From Opitutales bacterium (GTDB lineage: Bacteria > Verrucomicrobiota > Verrucomicrobiia > Opitutales > JABSRG01): DNA of 64,000 nt. Shown piece by piece: positions 37,480-47,602 of the stretch (position 1 is the first letter of the stretch; each line of letters starts with the position of its first letter). The notes beneath the pieces are model-generated. The model made no database searches. It was not told the origin of the DNA and saw only the letters and a list, made by a program, of their open reading frames with translations. The translations under genes were made by a program, and so were the position numbers. The stretch is from assembly GCA_013215165.1 (NCBI GenBank), contig JABSRG010000003.1, positions 17,794 to 81,793 of the forward strand, in the 5' to 3' direction.

Positions 37480-39237
37480 ATGGCTGATAAAAAACCAAGT
37501 CCGATTCGACGTGTTTCGATCTACCTCTTTCGCTACAAAGGCTCTTTTGCGCTTACATTGGCGCTCGCTATCGGCATGACGATGCTGGGAATTTTTGTCC
37601 CCCAAGTCATCAGCCAAGTCATGGATCGTATTATGAGCGGGGAGGGGACACGGGCGATTTTGATCGGAGTTTTGACGATGCTTGCCTGCTACGGTGCGCG
37701 CGAACTCCTCAACTGTCTGCGCATCCGGGTGAATAATACACTGGAGCAGAAAGTCCTCCTCGACATCCGCCGCCAGTTGCACGGCAAACTCCTCGATTTG
37801 CCGATTTCTTTTTATGACAAACGTAAGTCAGGCGACGTAGCCTCTACCGTAATCGACGACGTCAATAACCTCGAACGGGCCCTTCTTGACGGCACCGAAC
37901 AAGGAGTGACGGCCATCCTAATGGTGCTGGGAATCAGTGTCATGATTTTTACGCAGCAGCCCTTGCTCGCCATCTTCGTGTTTATCCCTGTCCCGGCTCT
38001 CTTTATCATGAGTTACATCCATGCGAAGGCGTCGCGTAAGATATGGCGCAAGGTGCGGGACTCAGCAGGGCAACTTAACTCCTTGATCGTCGAAGACATT
38101 CAGGCCAACCGGCTCATACAGTCTTTTGGCTTAAAGCAGCGCGAGACCGATCGTTTCAACGACCGGGCAGAAACGCTCCGCAACGATACATTGCGCGGCA
38201 TGTATCGCTGGTCGATCTTTGGCCCTTCGGTGTCTTGGATTTCTAGTCTCGGTTATGTCGGAGTCGTTGGCTACGGTTCTTACCTACTGGTGACCGAGGC
38301 GCCCGGGTTTACGATTGGTGAGTTCACTGCCTTCATTCTTTATTGCGGTATGATCGTCGAGCCCATCCGCTCGCTCAGCCAACTGACTCAGCTTTTTTCA
38401 ACTGGCAATGCTTCGGGGGACCGCGTCTTCGATCTCATTGACCACGATCTAGAGATTATCAATGCCGAGCGGCCGCAGCCTTTCCCAGCGGGACTCGCTG
38501 ATATCCAATTTAATAACGTTAAATTCGCTTATTCCGACCGCGCCGTCGTTCTTCCGGAAATGGGGCTCAATGTGCCTGCCGGTAAGGTGACTGCGCTTGT
38601 GGGGCACACCGGTGCGGGCAAGTCAACCATCGCGAACCTTGTGCTGCGCTATTACGATTGTTCTGAAGGGTGCGTCACCATCAATGGAGTCGACGTCCGC
38701 GAAATAGATTTAAACCAGCTCCGGGCACACATCGGTGTAGTTTCCCAAGATCCGTTTCTCTTTGATGCATCCGTCCGAGAAAACATGATGCTCGCCGCGC
38801 CGGATGCCACGGAAGCAGCGATCGTCGATGCCCTCAAATCCGCTTGTGCTTGGGACTTTGTGAGCCGTCTCCCCGACGGTTTGGATACACTGATTGGAGA
38901 GCGGGGCATCCGCTTGAGCCAAGGGGAAAAACAGCGACTGACAATCGCCCGTGTCATGCTGAAAAACCCTTCGGTAATCATCTTAGACGAGGCGACCTCG
39001 TCGGTCGACACCATCACCGAACGCCAGATCCAAGAAGCGCTCGACAACCTCATGACAGACCGCACGGTGATCGTCATCGCACACCGCCTGTCCACCGTCT
39101 GCCGAGCCGATCAGATCGTCGTCCTCGAACGCGGCGAAATCATCGAACGCGGCACTCATGAAGGCCTCATCGCCCAAAACGGTCACTACGCCCAACTCTG
39201 GTCCCATCAGCAGGATATGATACCGGAGGAGGTCTGA
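37480..39237 (+). CDS. ABC exporter, fused permease/ATPase (MsbA/multidrug-like)
   Basis: Six-TM N-terminal domain, Walker A GHTGAGKST, signature LSQGEKQR, Walker B IILDEATS. ATG 37480 is preferred over the upstream TTG at 37432. Confidence 0.9.
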   Translation: MADKKPSPIRRVSIYLFRYKGSFALTLALAIGMTMLGIFVPQVISQVMDRIMSGEGTRAILIGVLTMLACYGARELLNCLRIRVNNTLEQKVLLDIRRQLHGKLLDLPISFYDKRKSGDVASTVIDDVNNLERALLDGTEQGVTAILMVLGISVMIFTQQPLLAIFVFIPVPALFIMSYIHAKASRKIWRKVRDSAGQLNSLIVEDIQANRLIQSFGLKQRETDRFNDRAETLRNDTLRGMYRWSIFGPSVSWISSLGYVGVVGYGSYLLVTEAPGFTIGEFTAFILYCGMIVEPIRSLSQLTQLFSTGNASGDRVFDLIDHDLEIINAERPQPFPAGLADIQFNNVKFAYSDRAVVLPEMGLNVPAGKVTALVGHTGAGKSTIANLVLRYYDCSEGCVTINGVDVREIDLNQLRAHIGVVSQDPFLFDASVRENMMLAAPDATEAAIVDALKSACAWDFVSRLPDGLDTLIGERGIRLSQGEKQRLTIARVMLKNPSVIILDEATSSVDTITERQIQEALDNLMTDRTVIVIAHRLSTVCRADQIVVLERGEIIERGTHEGLIAQNGHYAQLWSHQQDMIPEEV

Positions 39238-39245
39238 TGGGATTG

Positions 39246-39278
39246 ATCCGCGAATACACGCGAATGAACGCTAATTTT
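39246..39278 (+). repeat. family-1 repeat, solo arm (three 10-nt units)
   Basis: ATCCG CGAATACACG CGAATGAACG CTAATTTT, 8 nt after the ABC exporter stop. Confidence 0.75.
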
Positions 39279-39515
39279 CAGTGATCGATACTCTCCAGAG
39301 ACTCTTGCAACGCATCCGTTTTTTTCTAGGTGAGCCTGTCTACCTTGAAAATCCGAAATGCGCATTTGGTTTTTCAAGGTTAATTGAATGTTTCAGTGGC
39401 TAGCAATGCGCGGCTTAGCGTGGAAAATCGCTATCTGAAAACTGTTGATGAAGCGTTCATTCGCGGATGTTCAAAAGTGCTTTGCGCTTCGACTGTTTTT
39501 CTTCAAGTTCACGTA

Positions 39516-42185
39516 ATGGATCAAAAATCCCTGATCGATACAGTTGAGTGGAAACGCTTGCAGGCAGATGCCGCGCGGGAGAAAAACTGGAAGCGTTGGG
39601 GTCCTTATTTGGCAGAGCGACAATGGGCCACGGTGCGGGAGGATTACTCCGCAGACGGGGATGCCTGGGCTGCTTTCCCCTACGAACACTCAATCAGTCG
39701 AGCCTATCGGTGGGGTGAGGACGGCTTGTTGGGTTTTACTGATCGGCAATGCCGGTTGTGCATCGCGCCAGCCTTGTGGAATCACCAGGATCCGCATCTG
39801 AAAGAGCGACTTTTTGGGCTGACCGGTCCTGAGGGGAATCATGGCGAAGACGTTAAAGAGCTCTACTACTACCTAGATTCGCTCCCCACGCATGCTTATG
39901 CCAGGGCCCTCTATAAATATCCGCAGGCAGCCTTTCCCTATTCCTGGCTCCGGGAGGAGAACAGCCGCCGCGGTCTCAATGACTTGGAGTTTGAGATCGA
40001 GGATACGGGTGTCTTCCACGAGAGCCGCTACTTCGATGTCGACCTCGCCTACGCCAAGCAAGGACCGGATGATATCTTGATCACCTACACGGTGACCAAT
40101 CGTGGGCCCGATGCGGCCCCGGTTACTGTGTTACCCAGCATTTGGTTTCGAAATACATGGGCTTGGGGCTGCGAGCACGAGGGCTGTACGCTCAAGCCGC
40201 GAATTGAGATGGCTGATGATGCTGGACTGACCTTGAACCATGAGTCACTCGGGCCCTTCCGCTTTTGGGTAGAATCTGCGGATGGCGATCCCTGGCTATT
40301 TACTGACAATGAGAGTAACAACCCCCTGCTCTTTAACAGCGAGCAATACACGCCCTACGTGAAAGATGCCTTTCATCGTTTTGTAGTTCAGGGGGAACCG
40401 GATGCTGTAGATCCCGCCCAGCGTGGCACTAAGGCGGCTCGGCTGATCCGCATGCACCTTGCGCCGGGGGAGAGCCGCACAGTTCGTTGTCGTTTGGCCG
40501 CACAAAAGCAGGCTCCGGCTGATCCGTTTGCCGACTACGACGCTATTTTTGCCCGACGCAAAGCCGAGCATGACGCCTTCTATGCCGCGGTTATCGAGCA
40601 GAATGTCAGCGAGGACGACAAGAACATCGAGCGCCAGGCTTATGCAGGGCTCTTGTGGACCAAGCAGTTTTATCATATCTCCGTGGTCGATTGGCTCAAG
40701 GGAGATCCCGATACGGTGAAACCGCCCGAAAGCCGCCTTCAGGGGCGCAATAAAGACTGGAAGCACCTCTTCAATCGCGACGTCTTGAGTATGCCTGACA
40801 AATGGGAATACCCCTGGTTTGCCGCTTGGGATTTGGCCTTCCATATGATCCCGTTTTGTCGGATCGACCCCTGGTTCGCGAAAGGACAGCTCACCCTCAT
40901 GCTCCGCGAATGGTACATGCATCCGAACGGGCAAATCCCCGCCTATGAATGGAACTTTAGCGACGTGAATCCACCCGTTCATGCCTGGGCTGTCTGGCGG
41001 GTATATAAGATGACCGGACCGCGGGGGCATCGGGATACGTCGTTCCTAAAACATGCCTTCCTGAAGCTGTCGCTTAACTTTACATGGTGGGTAAATCGGA
41101 AGGACGAAACCGGTAAAAACCTCTTTGCTGGCGGGTTTCTCGGGCTGGATAATATCGGGGCCTTTGATCGTTCTAAACCTTTGCCCGACGGCACCTCACT
41201 CCAACAAGCCGACGGCACGGCCTGGATGGCATTCTATTGTTCTACGATGCTGAGTATGGCGCTGGAATTGGCGCAGGAGGACCGCGCCTATGGAGAGATG
41301 GCGAGTAAGTTCTTTGAGCATTTCATGAATATCGCAGACGCCATGAATACGGTGGGCGAGACCGGCCTTTGGGATGAGAAAACAGGGTTTTACGGCGATA
41401 AGCTGCGCACGCAGGACCACGAAATTCCCATCCGTATTCGTTCACTGGTAGGGCTCATTCCCTTGTTGGCAGTGGAGATTTTAGACGACGATGTGACGGA
41501 GAAACTACCCGGCTTCCGAAAGCGTATGCAGTGGTTTCTCGATCACCGGACAGATCTGCACGACCAAATTTCTATGATGGATTGTTCGGAGCGAGATGCG
41601 CGTCGGCATCTGCTCGCTATACCGTCGCGCGAACGCCTCGAACGCGTGCTCAGCGTTTTGTTCGATGAGGATGAATTTCTGTCTCCCTACGGCTTTCGTT
41701 CGCTTTCAAAATACCACGAAGATCATCCATTTGAATTACATCTAGCGGGTGAGACGCACCGCGTGGCCTATACGCCAGGCGAGTCGGATTCATGGCTGTT
41801 TGGCGGAAATTCGAATTGGCGCGGGCCTATATGGTTTCCTTTGAATTACATCCTAATCGAGGCCTTAGAACGCTATGGCTACTACTACGGTGACGACTTG
41901 AAGGTCGAGTTTCCTACCCGTAGTGGAAATTGGGTGACCTTGACCGAAGCAGCTCGCGGCGTGTCGCTCCGCCTCAACCGTATATTCGAAACAGATCAGG
42001 AAGGCGCGCGCCCGGCGCATGGAAAAAACCTGCTCTACCGTGACGATCCGCATTTCAAAGACCTCGTGCTCTTCTACGAATATTTCCAAGCGGACACCGG
42101 TCGCGGCCTCGGAGCTAGTCACCAGACCGGCTGGACGGCCTTGGTCACCGAACTGGTCCGCAAAGGTATTGGTGGGGAGATGTAA
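39516..42185 (+). CDS. GH63/MGH1-like (alpha/alpha)6 glucosidase
   Basis: About 890 aa. Segments such as KWEYPWFAAWDLAFH and FAGGFLGLDNIG resemble GH63-like glucosidases. ATG 39516 is preferred over the upstream start at 39384. Family assignment is motif-level only. Confidence 0.6.
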   Translation: MDQKSLIDTVEWKRLQADAAREKNWKRWGPYLAERQWATVREDYSADGDAWAAFPYEHSISRAYRWGEDGLLGFTDRQCRLCIAPALWNHQDPHLKERLFGLTGPEGNHGEDVKELYYYLDSLPTHAYARALYKYPQAAFPYSWLREENSRRGLNDLEFEIEDTGVFHESRYFDVDLAYAKQGPDDILITYTVTNRGPDAAPVTVLPSIWFRNTWAWGCEHEGCTLKPRIEMADDAGLTLNHESLGPFRFWVESADGDPWLFTDNESNNPLLFNSEQYTPYVKDAFHRFVVQGEPDAVDPAQRGTKAARLIRMHLAPGESRTVRCRLAAQKQAPADPFADYDAIFARRKAEHDAFYAAVIEQNVSEDDKNIERQAYAGLLWTKQFYHISVVDWLKGDPDTVKPPESRLQGRNKDWKHLFNRDVLSMPDKWEYPWFAAWDLAFHMIPFCRIDPWFAKGQLTLMLREWYMHPNGQIPAYEWNFSDVNPPVHAWAVWRVYKMTGPRGHRDTSFLKHAFLKLSLNFTWWVNRKDETGKNLFAGGFLGLDNIGAFDRSKPLPDGTSLQQADGTAWMAFYCSTMLSMALELAQEDRAYGEMASKFFEHFMNIADAMNTVGETGLWDEKTGFYGDKLRTQDHEIPIRIRSLVGLIPLLAVEILDDDVTEKLPGFRKRMQWFLDHRTDLHDQISMMDCSERDARRHLLAIPSRERLERVLSVLFDEDEFLSPYGFRSLSKYHEDHPFELHLAGETHRVAYTPGESDSWLFGGNSNWRGPIWFPLNYILIEALERYGYYYGDDLKVEFPTRSGNWVTLTEAARGVSLRLNRIFETDQEGARPAHGKNLLYRDDPHFKDLVLFYEYFQADTGRGLGASHQTGWTALVTELVRKGIGGEM

Positions 42186-42216
42186 TCCGCGAATACACGC
42201 GGATGAATACTAATTT
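42185..42216 (+). repeat. family-1 repeat, solo arm
   Basis: ATCCGCGAATACACGCGGATGAATACTAATTT. It begins at the last base of the glucosidase TAA stop. Confidence 0.75.
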
Positions 42217-42267
42217 CTTTGATATTCCGGTGCATACTAAGGATTGAAAAAGCCGTTCATTCGTCAC

Positions 42268-43221
42268 TTACTCGCCGCTCATGTGGGCGATGAGACGTTC
42301 GTTGAACTCGCGGGCGGAGTCGTGCCCTTGGTTGCGGAGGGCGAGGACCATGGCGGCGACTTCGACGAGCCGAGCCATGTCACGACCAGGGCGGACTGGA
42401 ATTTCGACTCGGGGGATGTCCATCCCGAGAACCGAGGTATAGTCTTGGTCGAGTCCCGTGCGGTCTTCGACCATGCCTTGTCTCCATTCGACGAAGTTGA
42501 TGATAAGATCTAGACGCTTCTCGGGGCGCACAGAGCGTACACCAAATAATTTCGCGACGTCGATGATGCCGATGCCTCGACACTCCATGAATCCACGATT
42601 GAGTTCTGCGCTGGTACACATGATCTCTCGGTCGCCGACGAGGCGGAGGTAGGTCAAGTCATCAGCTACTAAGCTGTGTCCGCGTTCGATAAGGGCGAGT
42701 GCACATTCACTTTTACCGACACCACTTTTTCCCTGGAGCAGGACACCGATGCCTCGGATGTCCATAAGGGTCCCATGTAGAGTGGTCCGTGGGGCAAGCT
42801 TATCCTCGAGAAGAACGGTGCCTTCCGTGGTGAAATTTTTCGTGGTAATGGGCGTGCGGATGAGTGGGATGCCGTAGTCTTCGCACATCCGGATCATAGC
42901 CCGTGTCGGCATGAGCTGACGTGAGACGACAATGCAGGGGATGCCTTTTTCTGCGATGCGCCGCAGCGAATTGAATTGTTCCTCTTCAGATTGATCGCGC
43001 AAGAAGGCCATTTCTCCCGCACCAAAAAGCTGGATACGTTTGTTGGCGAAATACTTGGTATAGCCTGTCATGGCTAGTGAAGGCCGATTAATACTCTTTT
43101 CGCGAATCACTCTATCTAGGCCCGATTCACCCGCAAACAGGTGCATATCAAGCTGGTCCTTAAATCCGTCGTAAAACTCGCGGACAGGGATACTTTCGAT
43201 GGTAGAGACGCGCATCCTCAT
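42268..43221 (-). CDS. hprK: HPr kinase/phosphorylase
   Basis: 317 aa. P-loop [25 protein letters not shown] and the downstream LEVRGIG-like segment [10 protein letters not shown]. Confidence 0.9.
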   Translation of the reverse strand: MRMRVSTIESIPVREFYDGFKDQLDMHLFAGESGLDRVIREKSINRPSLAMTGYTKYFANKRIQLFGAGEMAFLRDQSEEEQFNSLRRIAEKGIPCIVVSRQLMPTRAMIRMCEDYGIPLIRTPITTKNFTTEGTVLLEDKLAPRTTLHGTLMDIRGIGVLLQGKSGVGKSECALALIERGHSLVADDLTYLRLVGDREIMCTSAELNRGFMECRGIGIIDVAKLFGVRSVRPEKRLDLIINFVEWRQGMVEDRTGLDQDYTSVLGMDIPRVEIPVRPGRDMARLVEVAAMVLALRNQGHDSAREFNERLIAHMSGE

Positions 43222-43260
43222 AATGATTCCTTACAAGAATGATAGCGCGCAACCGGTGCG

Positions 43261-43276
43261 AGCAAATTGATGCCCA
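43261..43276 (-). promoter_or_regulatory. candidate sigma-54 (-24/-12) promoter upstream of hprK
   Basis: The minus strand reads TGGGCATCAATTTGCT (TGG-N8-TTGC, correct spacing). It lies about 40 nt upstream of the hprK ATG, with AAGGA as the RBS. Pattern match only. Confidence 0.25.
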
Positions 43277-43371
43277 TATGGTTCTGGGTCACTACAAAGC
43301 GTGCCCCTCCAGGCTATTATGCACACAACATGGAGGGCGGTGCTTCGCCACCGCTTCGGCTGCCTGACAAT

Positions 43372-44142
43372 CTACATTTCAAAATCGTCCCCAAGATAGA
43401 ATTTCCTGCTATCGGGGTCGTTGATGAGAAACTCGCTGGTGCCGTGGCTGAGGATCTGACCGTCGTAGAGGAGGTAGGCGCGGTCGACGATGCGGAGGGT
43501 TTCGCGGACATTGTGGTCGGTGATGAGTACGCTGATTCCTTTCGACTTGAGATCAGTGATGATCTTCTGAACGTCGGCAACGCTGATGGGATCGACTCCA
43601 CTGAACGGCTCGTCCATGAGAATGTAAGTGGGGTCCATGATCAACGCGCGCGCGATCTCGAGGCGCCGGCGTTCGCCGCCGCTGAGTGTGTATGCCTTTT
43701 GCTTACTCAAGTGAGTGAGCCCCATGGATTCAAGGGTCTCGGCGATCTTTGCCTTTCGCTCCGATCGTTTGAGTGGCAAAAGCTCCGCGACGATTTCGAT
43801 ATTTTGCCAAATCGTCAGGCGGGCGAAAACAGAAGACTCTTGGGGCAGGTATCCGATCCCCATGCGTGCGCGTTGATTGATAGTTTTGCGCGTGATATCT
43901 CGATCGTCGATTGATACGGCCCCTTCGGTGGCACGGACCAGGCCAACGATCATATAAAACGTCGTTGTTTTTCCTGCTCCATTGGGTCCGAGCAGGCCAA
44001 CGATTTCACCGGGGCGTATTTCGAGATCGACTCCCTGGACGACCAGGCGTTTGCCGTATTGTTTTCTTAGGCCTTGGGCGACGATCCCTCCAGAAACCGT
44101 TGTGGCGGATCCTGAACTTTCCATTTCAATAGTCTTTGCCAT
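43372..44142 (-). CDS. lptB: LPS export ABC transporter ATP-binding protein
   Basis: Walker A GPNGAGKTT, signature LSGGERRR, Walker B ILMDEPFSG, and the LptB-type C-terminus FYLGDDFEM. Follows lptA. Confidence 0.9.
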   Translation of the reverse strand: MAKTIEMESSGSATTVSGGIVAQGLRKQYGKRLVVQGVDLEIRPGEIVGLLGPNGAGKTTTFYMIVGLVRATEGAVSIDDRDITRKTINQRARMGIGYLPQESSVFARLTIWQNIEIVAELLPLKRSERKAKIAETLESMGLTHLSKQKAYTLSGGERRRLEIARALIMDPTYILMDEPFSGVDPISVADVQKIITDLKSKGISVLITDHNVRETLRIVDRAYLLYDGQILSHGTSEFLINDPDSRKFYLGDDFEM

Positions 44143-44154
44143 TTTAGAGATGGG

Positions 44155-44760
44155 CTACTCAGTTTTTTCTGCAGGCTTGTCCTCGCCAGATGCTTCTGGA
44201 GGGCTGAATGCTTCTTCGATATCGACTCCGAGATCTTCGAAAGCAGGGAGAATAACCCGTGCTCTGCGATCACCTGTTTCGTAGCCTTCGACGCGGGCTT
44301 GTTGTTTTCCTTGTTCGAGCACGATGCGCTTGCCTTCGACGCGGGCGCCCTGCACGTCGATAAATACAGGATCTTCCAGCAGCTCAATATAGCCATCTTT
44401 GGGAAAGATTTTTACCAGGCCTCCGGTGGCGATACGTCCCTCTTGCTCAATCCTGACATTTCCTGTCGCAATCAGCGATTCGATGCCGCCGATTTGGCCA
44501 ATGAGGCTCGGGTCTTGGTCGATATTGGTGGCTTGGTCTCGTGTGGCGATGACTTCGAGGATGTCGCATTTGGCCACGAGATTGGTCCCCTCGATTCTGA
44601 CATTTCCTTCGAAGGTAAAGACATTTTCTCCGGGTGTGCTCCTCAGGATCACGCGATCACTATCAATGATGGTGCGTTCGATTGGGGCATTTTGTGCGTC
44701 TACTACTCCAATCAGAATGAGATAGAGGCACATCAAAATCTTGGGTAAATGGGGTCTCAT
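44155..44760 (-). CDS. lptA: LptA/OstA-like periplasmic LPS transport protein
   Basis: Signal peptide and repetitive beta-jellyroll-like segments (GNVRIEGTNLVAKCD, GNVRIEQEGRIATG). Lies between lptC-like and lptB. Confidence 0.7.
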   Translation of the reverse strand: MRPHLPKILMCLYLILIGVVDAQNAPIERTIIDSDRVILRSTPGENVFTFEGNVRIEGTNLVAKCDILEVIATRDQATNIDQDPSLIGQIGGIESLIATGNVRIEQEGRIATGGLVKIFPKDGYIELLEDPVFIDVQGARVEGKRIVLEQGKQQARVEGYETGDRRARVILPAFEDLGVDIEEAFSPPEASGEDKPAEKTE

Positions 44761-45203
44761 TTTAAAAGGGAGTTGAGGGATAGATTAAATAGAACACGCA
44801 CGTCTTCTTCGATCATCAGGGTCTGAGTGGGTGTATCCCAGCTCCAATTTTCTCCTGTGACTACAAAAGACTCTCCTTTTGCAAAGACCGAACCTTCGCC
44901 TCGGGCTTGTCCTGTTTCGTGAAAGACGGAAGCTCTTTGGCACTCGATGCGTAGAGTGGCTTCCGAGTGAGCGTGGTTGCCATAGGCATGAAAGGTCGCG
45001 CCCCTCACATCAATTTGTTCCGCGCTCACGTAGACGCCTTCCATACCGGAAACATCCCAGAGCAAGCGGCCTTCATCGGAAAATATTGGGAGACGGAAAT
45101 CTTTGATGGGTGCGTTGGATTGGATCTGCGCTGTGAGTATCCCCAGGCCAAGGATACATATAGCTATGGAAGTTCGGGTGGATCTACGGAATAATCGAAG
45201 CAT
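44757..45203 (-). CDS. lptC: LptC-like membrane-anchored protein
   Basis: N-terminal anchor and a short beta-rich domain. 4-nt overlap with lptA. The call is mainly positional. Confidence 0.5.
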   Translation of the reverse strand: MLRLFRRSTRTSIAICILGLGILTAQIQSNAPIKDFRLPIFSDEGRLLWDVSGMEGVYVSAEQIDVRGATFHAYGNHAHSEATLRIECQRASVFHETGQARGEGSVFAKGESFVVTGENWSWDTPTQTLMIEEDVRVLFNLSLNSLLK

Positions 45204-45270
45204 AAGTCAGGCTGACAGTTCTCAGAGCAGATAGGTTGCAATTCATGGTCCGACGCCTGAGATTTAATGA

Positions 45271-45549
45271 ATGTTCAAGCTCGCTTGGTCTGTCTTCAAG
45301 TATTTTGTCCTTCTACCCATCTTTCTATTCTTGGTATATTTTGGCGCACTCCTGCCCGTGTCTCGCTGCGTAAGTCTGTTAGACGTCCCGGAAACGCTGC
45401 GTGAAGGTTGTGATGCTTTTGCCCAATTTGGAGATTTTTGTGCTAAGCATGTCAGGGTTTATCGGGCCTATTACAATGCATGGTTGCCGGATGGGGCTCA
45501 CATTGAGGGGGAAAAGGTCCCAGTTGATGAGGAGCCGCGGTCGTTGTAG
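45271..45549 (+). CDS. hypothetical small membrane protein
   Basis: 92-aa ORF with one strong N-terminal TM helix. No homology recognised. Confidence 0.35.
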   Translation: MFKLAWSVFKYFVLLPIFLFLVYFGALLPVSRCVSLLDVPETLREGCDAFAQFGDFCAKHVRVYRAYYNAWLPDGAHIEGEKVPVDEEPRSL

Positions 45550-45620
45550 CGGGCCTGAGACCTTCACTGCGAATGCTGCTTACCCGTAAGCGACCCTGCT
45601 AACCTGAGTATGGTGTGCCA

Positions 45621-46952
45621 TCAGAGCGGTTTGCTGTAGACGGCCCCGTTGCCATCCTGGAAGTAGATGACGCGATCTTTGATGTAAAATAGTGTCACCA
45701 TCAAATCTTCATTCACGCGTTCACCTTTCTTAAAGACGATGGGGCCGATGCTTGCGCGTTGGAGGCTCTCACTGTAGCTAGAAATAACTACGGTAGAAAT
45801 CCAAGCTGAGATATTTGGGTTTTGCGGAATGTTAAGTACGGAGCTCGGCTCCGGATCACTACGAGCAATCCGTTTGTTTTCTCGTGCGGTAACCACCGGT
45901 TTTTCGACTGCCTCGATCGGTGGCGTTGGGAGTACGGCGCTCGATTGACCCGCGGCTGTATTCTCCTCTTCCAATGGTGTCGGTGTCGCTTCTAAATCGA
46001 TTTCGTTAAGCACGGCTCTTTGTTTGTTGTGCTGATCGGCTAGTTCTCGTGCCGTTTGTGTCGTCGTGACCATCTGATTTAGCCGAGCTGAAATAGGATT
46101 AGAGGTCTGCTCGGATGAGGAAGTGGTTGAATCGGCCGGATCGGCACTGGTTTCTGAAGTTAGGTCAGTTTCTGCCACCAGTAGCGGGTTGGTGACAACG
46201 ACAACGGGAGCTGTTTCTTCGGCTGGAGCGGGGACGGGTTCGCTTTGTGTAGTAGTCTTAGCTATTGAAGGCGGACTGGGTGTCGTCGTTGGCGCCGATT
46301 CTTCGGTGCCCGCGACAATCAGCCAACCAAAGTACCCACCGAGACCCAGCAGTAAAATGAGGACCGCCGCAAGGATCACTAGGGCAGACTTGCCAGATTG
46401 TTGCTTGGGCTCTGCAGTTTCTGGCGTGGCTTCTTGTGAACTCGGCTCCTGTTCTGTTTCGTGAGGCTCCGAATCGGTTACGCTATCTTGAATTGCTTCG
46501 CTTGAAGAAGGTTTAGTCTGCTCTGAGGCGGAATCGGCGGCCGTTTTGAGCCCAAGTTTTTTTGGAGCATCGGCTGATATATTTTCTTCCGAGCTCTCTT
46601 CTCCATTTTCCAAGCCTTCTGGAGTAACGGCATCAGTTTGAACTGGATTTTGAGCCTGAGTCGTCTTGGGAAGTTTTGGAGTATCGAAAGCGATTTCTAT
46701 ATCAGGATCGAGGAGAGGATCGGGAGTGGCCTGAGCCTTCTTGAGACCCTTGAGTGGGACTTTTTTGAGATCTTTGCCGGCCGACTTGGTATCAGCAGTT
46801 TCGGAATCCGAAGACTTTGGCTCTGCCTTTTTGAAAGAAATCGCCTTTTTTTCAGTGGCATTTTCCGAATCCGATTTGGGTTCGGTAGAAGGGTTCTTTT
46901 CCGCTGACTCCTTGTTGCCCTCGGGAGTATTTCCAGAGAGCTTGAGGCGCAT
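45621..46952 (-). CDS. GspB-like protein with a long S/T/P/E-rich low-complexity region
   Basis: One central TM helix (ALVILAAVLILLLGLGGYFGWLIV). The C-terminal ~60 aa (ISSYSESLQRASIGPIVFKKGERVNEDLMVTLFYIKDRVIYFQDGNGAVY) resembles the T2SS-B C-terminal domain and the C-terminus of the upstream gene. ATG 46952 is preferred; the ORF-track start 46997 would overlap the upstream gene by 41 nt. Confidence 0.5.
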   Translation of the reverse strand: MRLKLSGNTPEGNKESAEKNPSTEPKSDSENATEKKAISFKKAEPKSSDSETADTKSAGKDLKKVPLKGLKKAQATPDPLLDPDIEIAFDTPKLPKTTQAQNPVQTDAVTPEGLENGEESSEENISADAPKKLGLKTAADSASEQTKPSSSEAIQDSVTDSEPHETEQEPSSQEATPETAEPKQQSGKSALVILAAVLILLLGLGGYFGWLIVAGTEESAPTTTPSPPSIAKTTTQSEPVPAPAEETAPVVVVTNPLLVAETDLTSETSADPADSTTSSSEQTSNPISARLNQMVTTTQTARELADQHNKQRAVLNEIDLEATPTPLEEENTAAGQSSAVLPTPPIEAVEKPVVTARENKRIARSDPEPSSVLNIPQNPNISAWISTVVISSYSESLQRASIGPIVFKKGERVNEDLMVTLFYIKDRVIYFQDGNGAVYSKPL

Positions 46953-46956
46953 CGGC

Positions 46957-47589
46957 TTAGAATCGTTTGGTGTATCGGACTCCTGACTCATCGACAAAAA
47001 CTACGGCTTGGCCTCTTATTTCGGCAATTTTGACCTGAAGCTGAGGGTTTAAAGTATCTCCATCCCAATACACCTGCCCATCGATGTAGATGCGGTCCTG
47101 TCCCTCGTCGTCTGATAACAGCACACCGGTAACGCTAATCTGCTTGAGTAGGTCCACAATTTTAGGATCTGCAGCAATGCGCTTGGGCGGCGATGCAGGT
47201 ATCGGTAGTGAGGCCGACGGAGTCGTTGCCTCGACTGCTGGTGCTTCTTTGGGCGCTGGCTCAGATAGTGGGGATGGGATGTCAGCGACAGGTTCTGGAG
47301 CAGGAATCGGCGTGGGCGCTTTTTCGGCTGCTGGCACTGGAATTTGGGCGACGGTTCGCGCCACGGATTCGGGGGTGGGGGTTTTACCCGAAATGATGTA
47401 GAGAGCGACTCCAATCAGAAGCGAAACGACCACCACTGTAATGGAAGCAAACACCCAGGGCCAAGGCGAAGCTTGTTGGGGCTGAACTTGAGCACCATGT
47501 TGGCTGCGATCGTCCTTATGGAGCAACATGCCCGTGTTATGTTGCCGGTCTCGCTGGGCTTTCTTGAGGGCTTCGTTAATCAGGGACAT
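46957..47589 (-). CDS. GspB/ExeB-like protein
   Basis: The N-terminus MSLINEALKKAQRDRQ is typical of GspB/ExeB. One TM helix, a Pro-rich linker, and a C-terminal T2SS-B-like segment (VTGVLLSDDEGQDRIYIDGQVYWDGDTL ... IRGQAVVFVDESG). Confidence 0.6.
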   Translation of the reverse strand: MSLINEALKKAQRDRQHNTGMLLHKDDRSQHGAQVQPQQASPWPWVFASITVVVVSLLIGVALYIISGKTPTPESVARTVAQIPVPAAEKAPTPIPAPEPVADIPSPLSEPAPKEAPAVEATTPSASLPIPASPPKRIAADPKIVDLLKQISVTGVLLSDDEGQDRIYIDGQVYWDGDTLNPQLQVKIAEIRGQAVVFVDESGVRYTKRF

Positions 47590-47602
47590 GTTTGAAAAGG
47601 GA

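Noticed and set aside
39246-39278. Short tandem 10-mer arrays (family-1 arms) as a possible CRISPR array or minisatellite.
   Set aside because: There are only three contiguous 10-nt units with no spacers. Copies are dispersed rather than arrayed, and no cas genes are present. They are better described as interspersed repeat arms.
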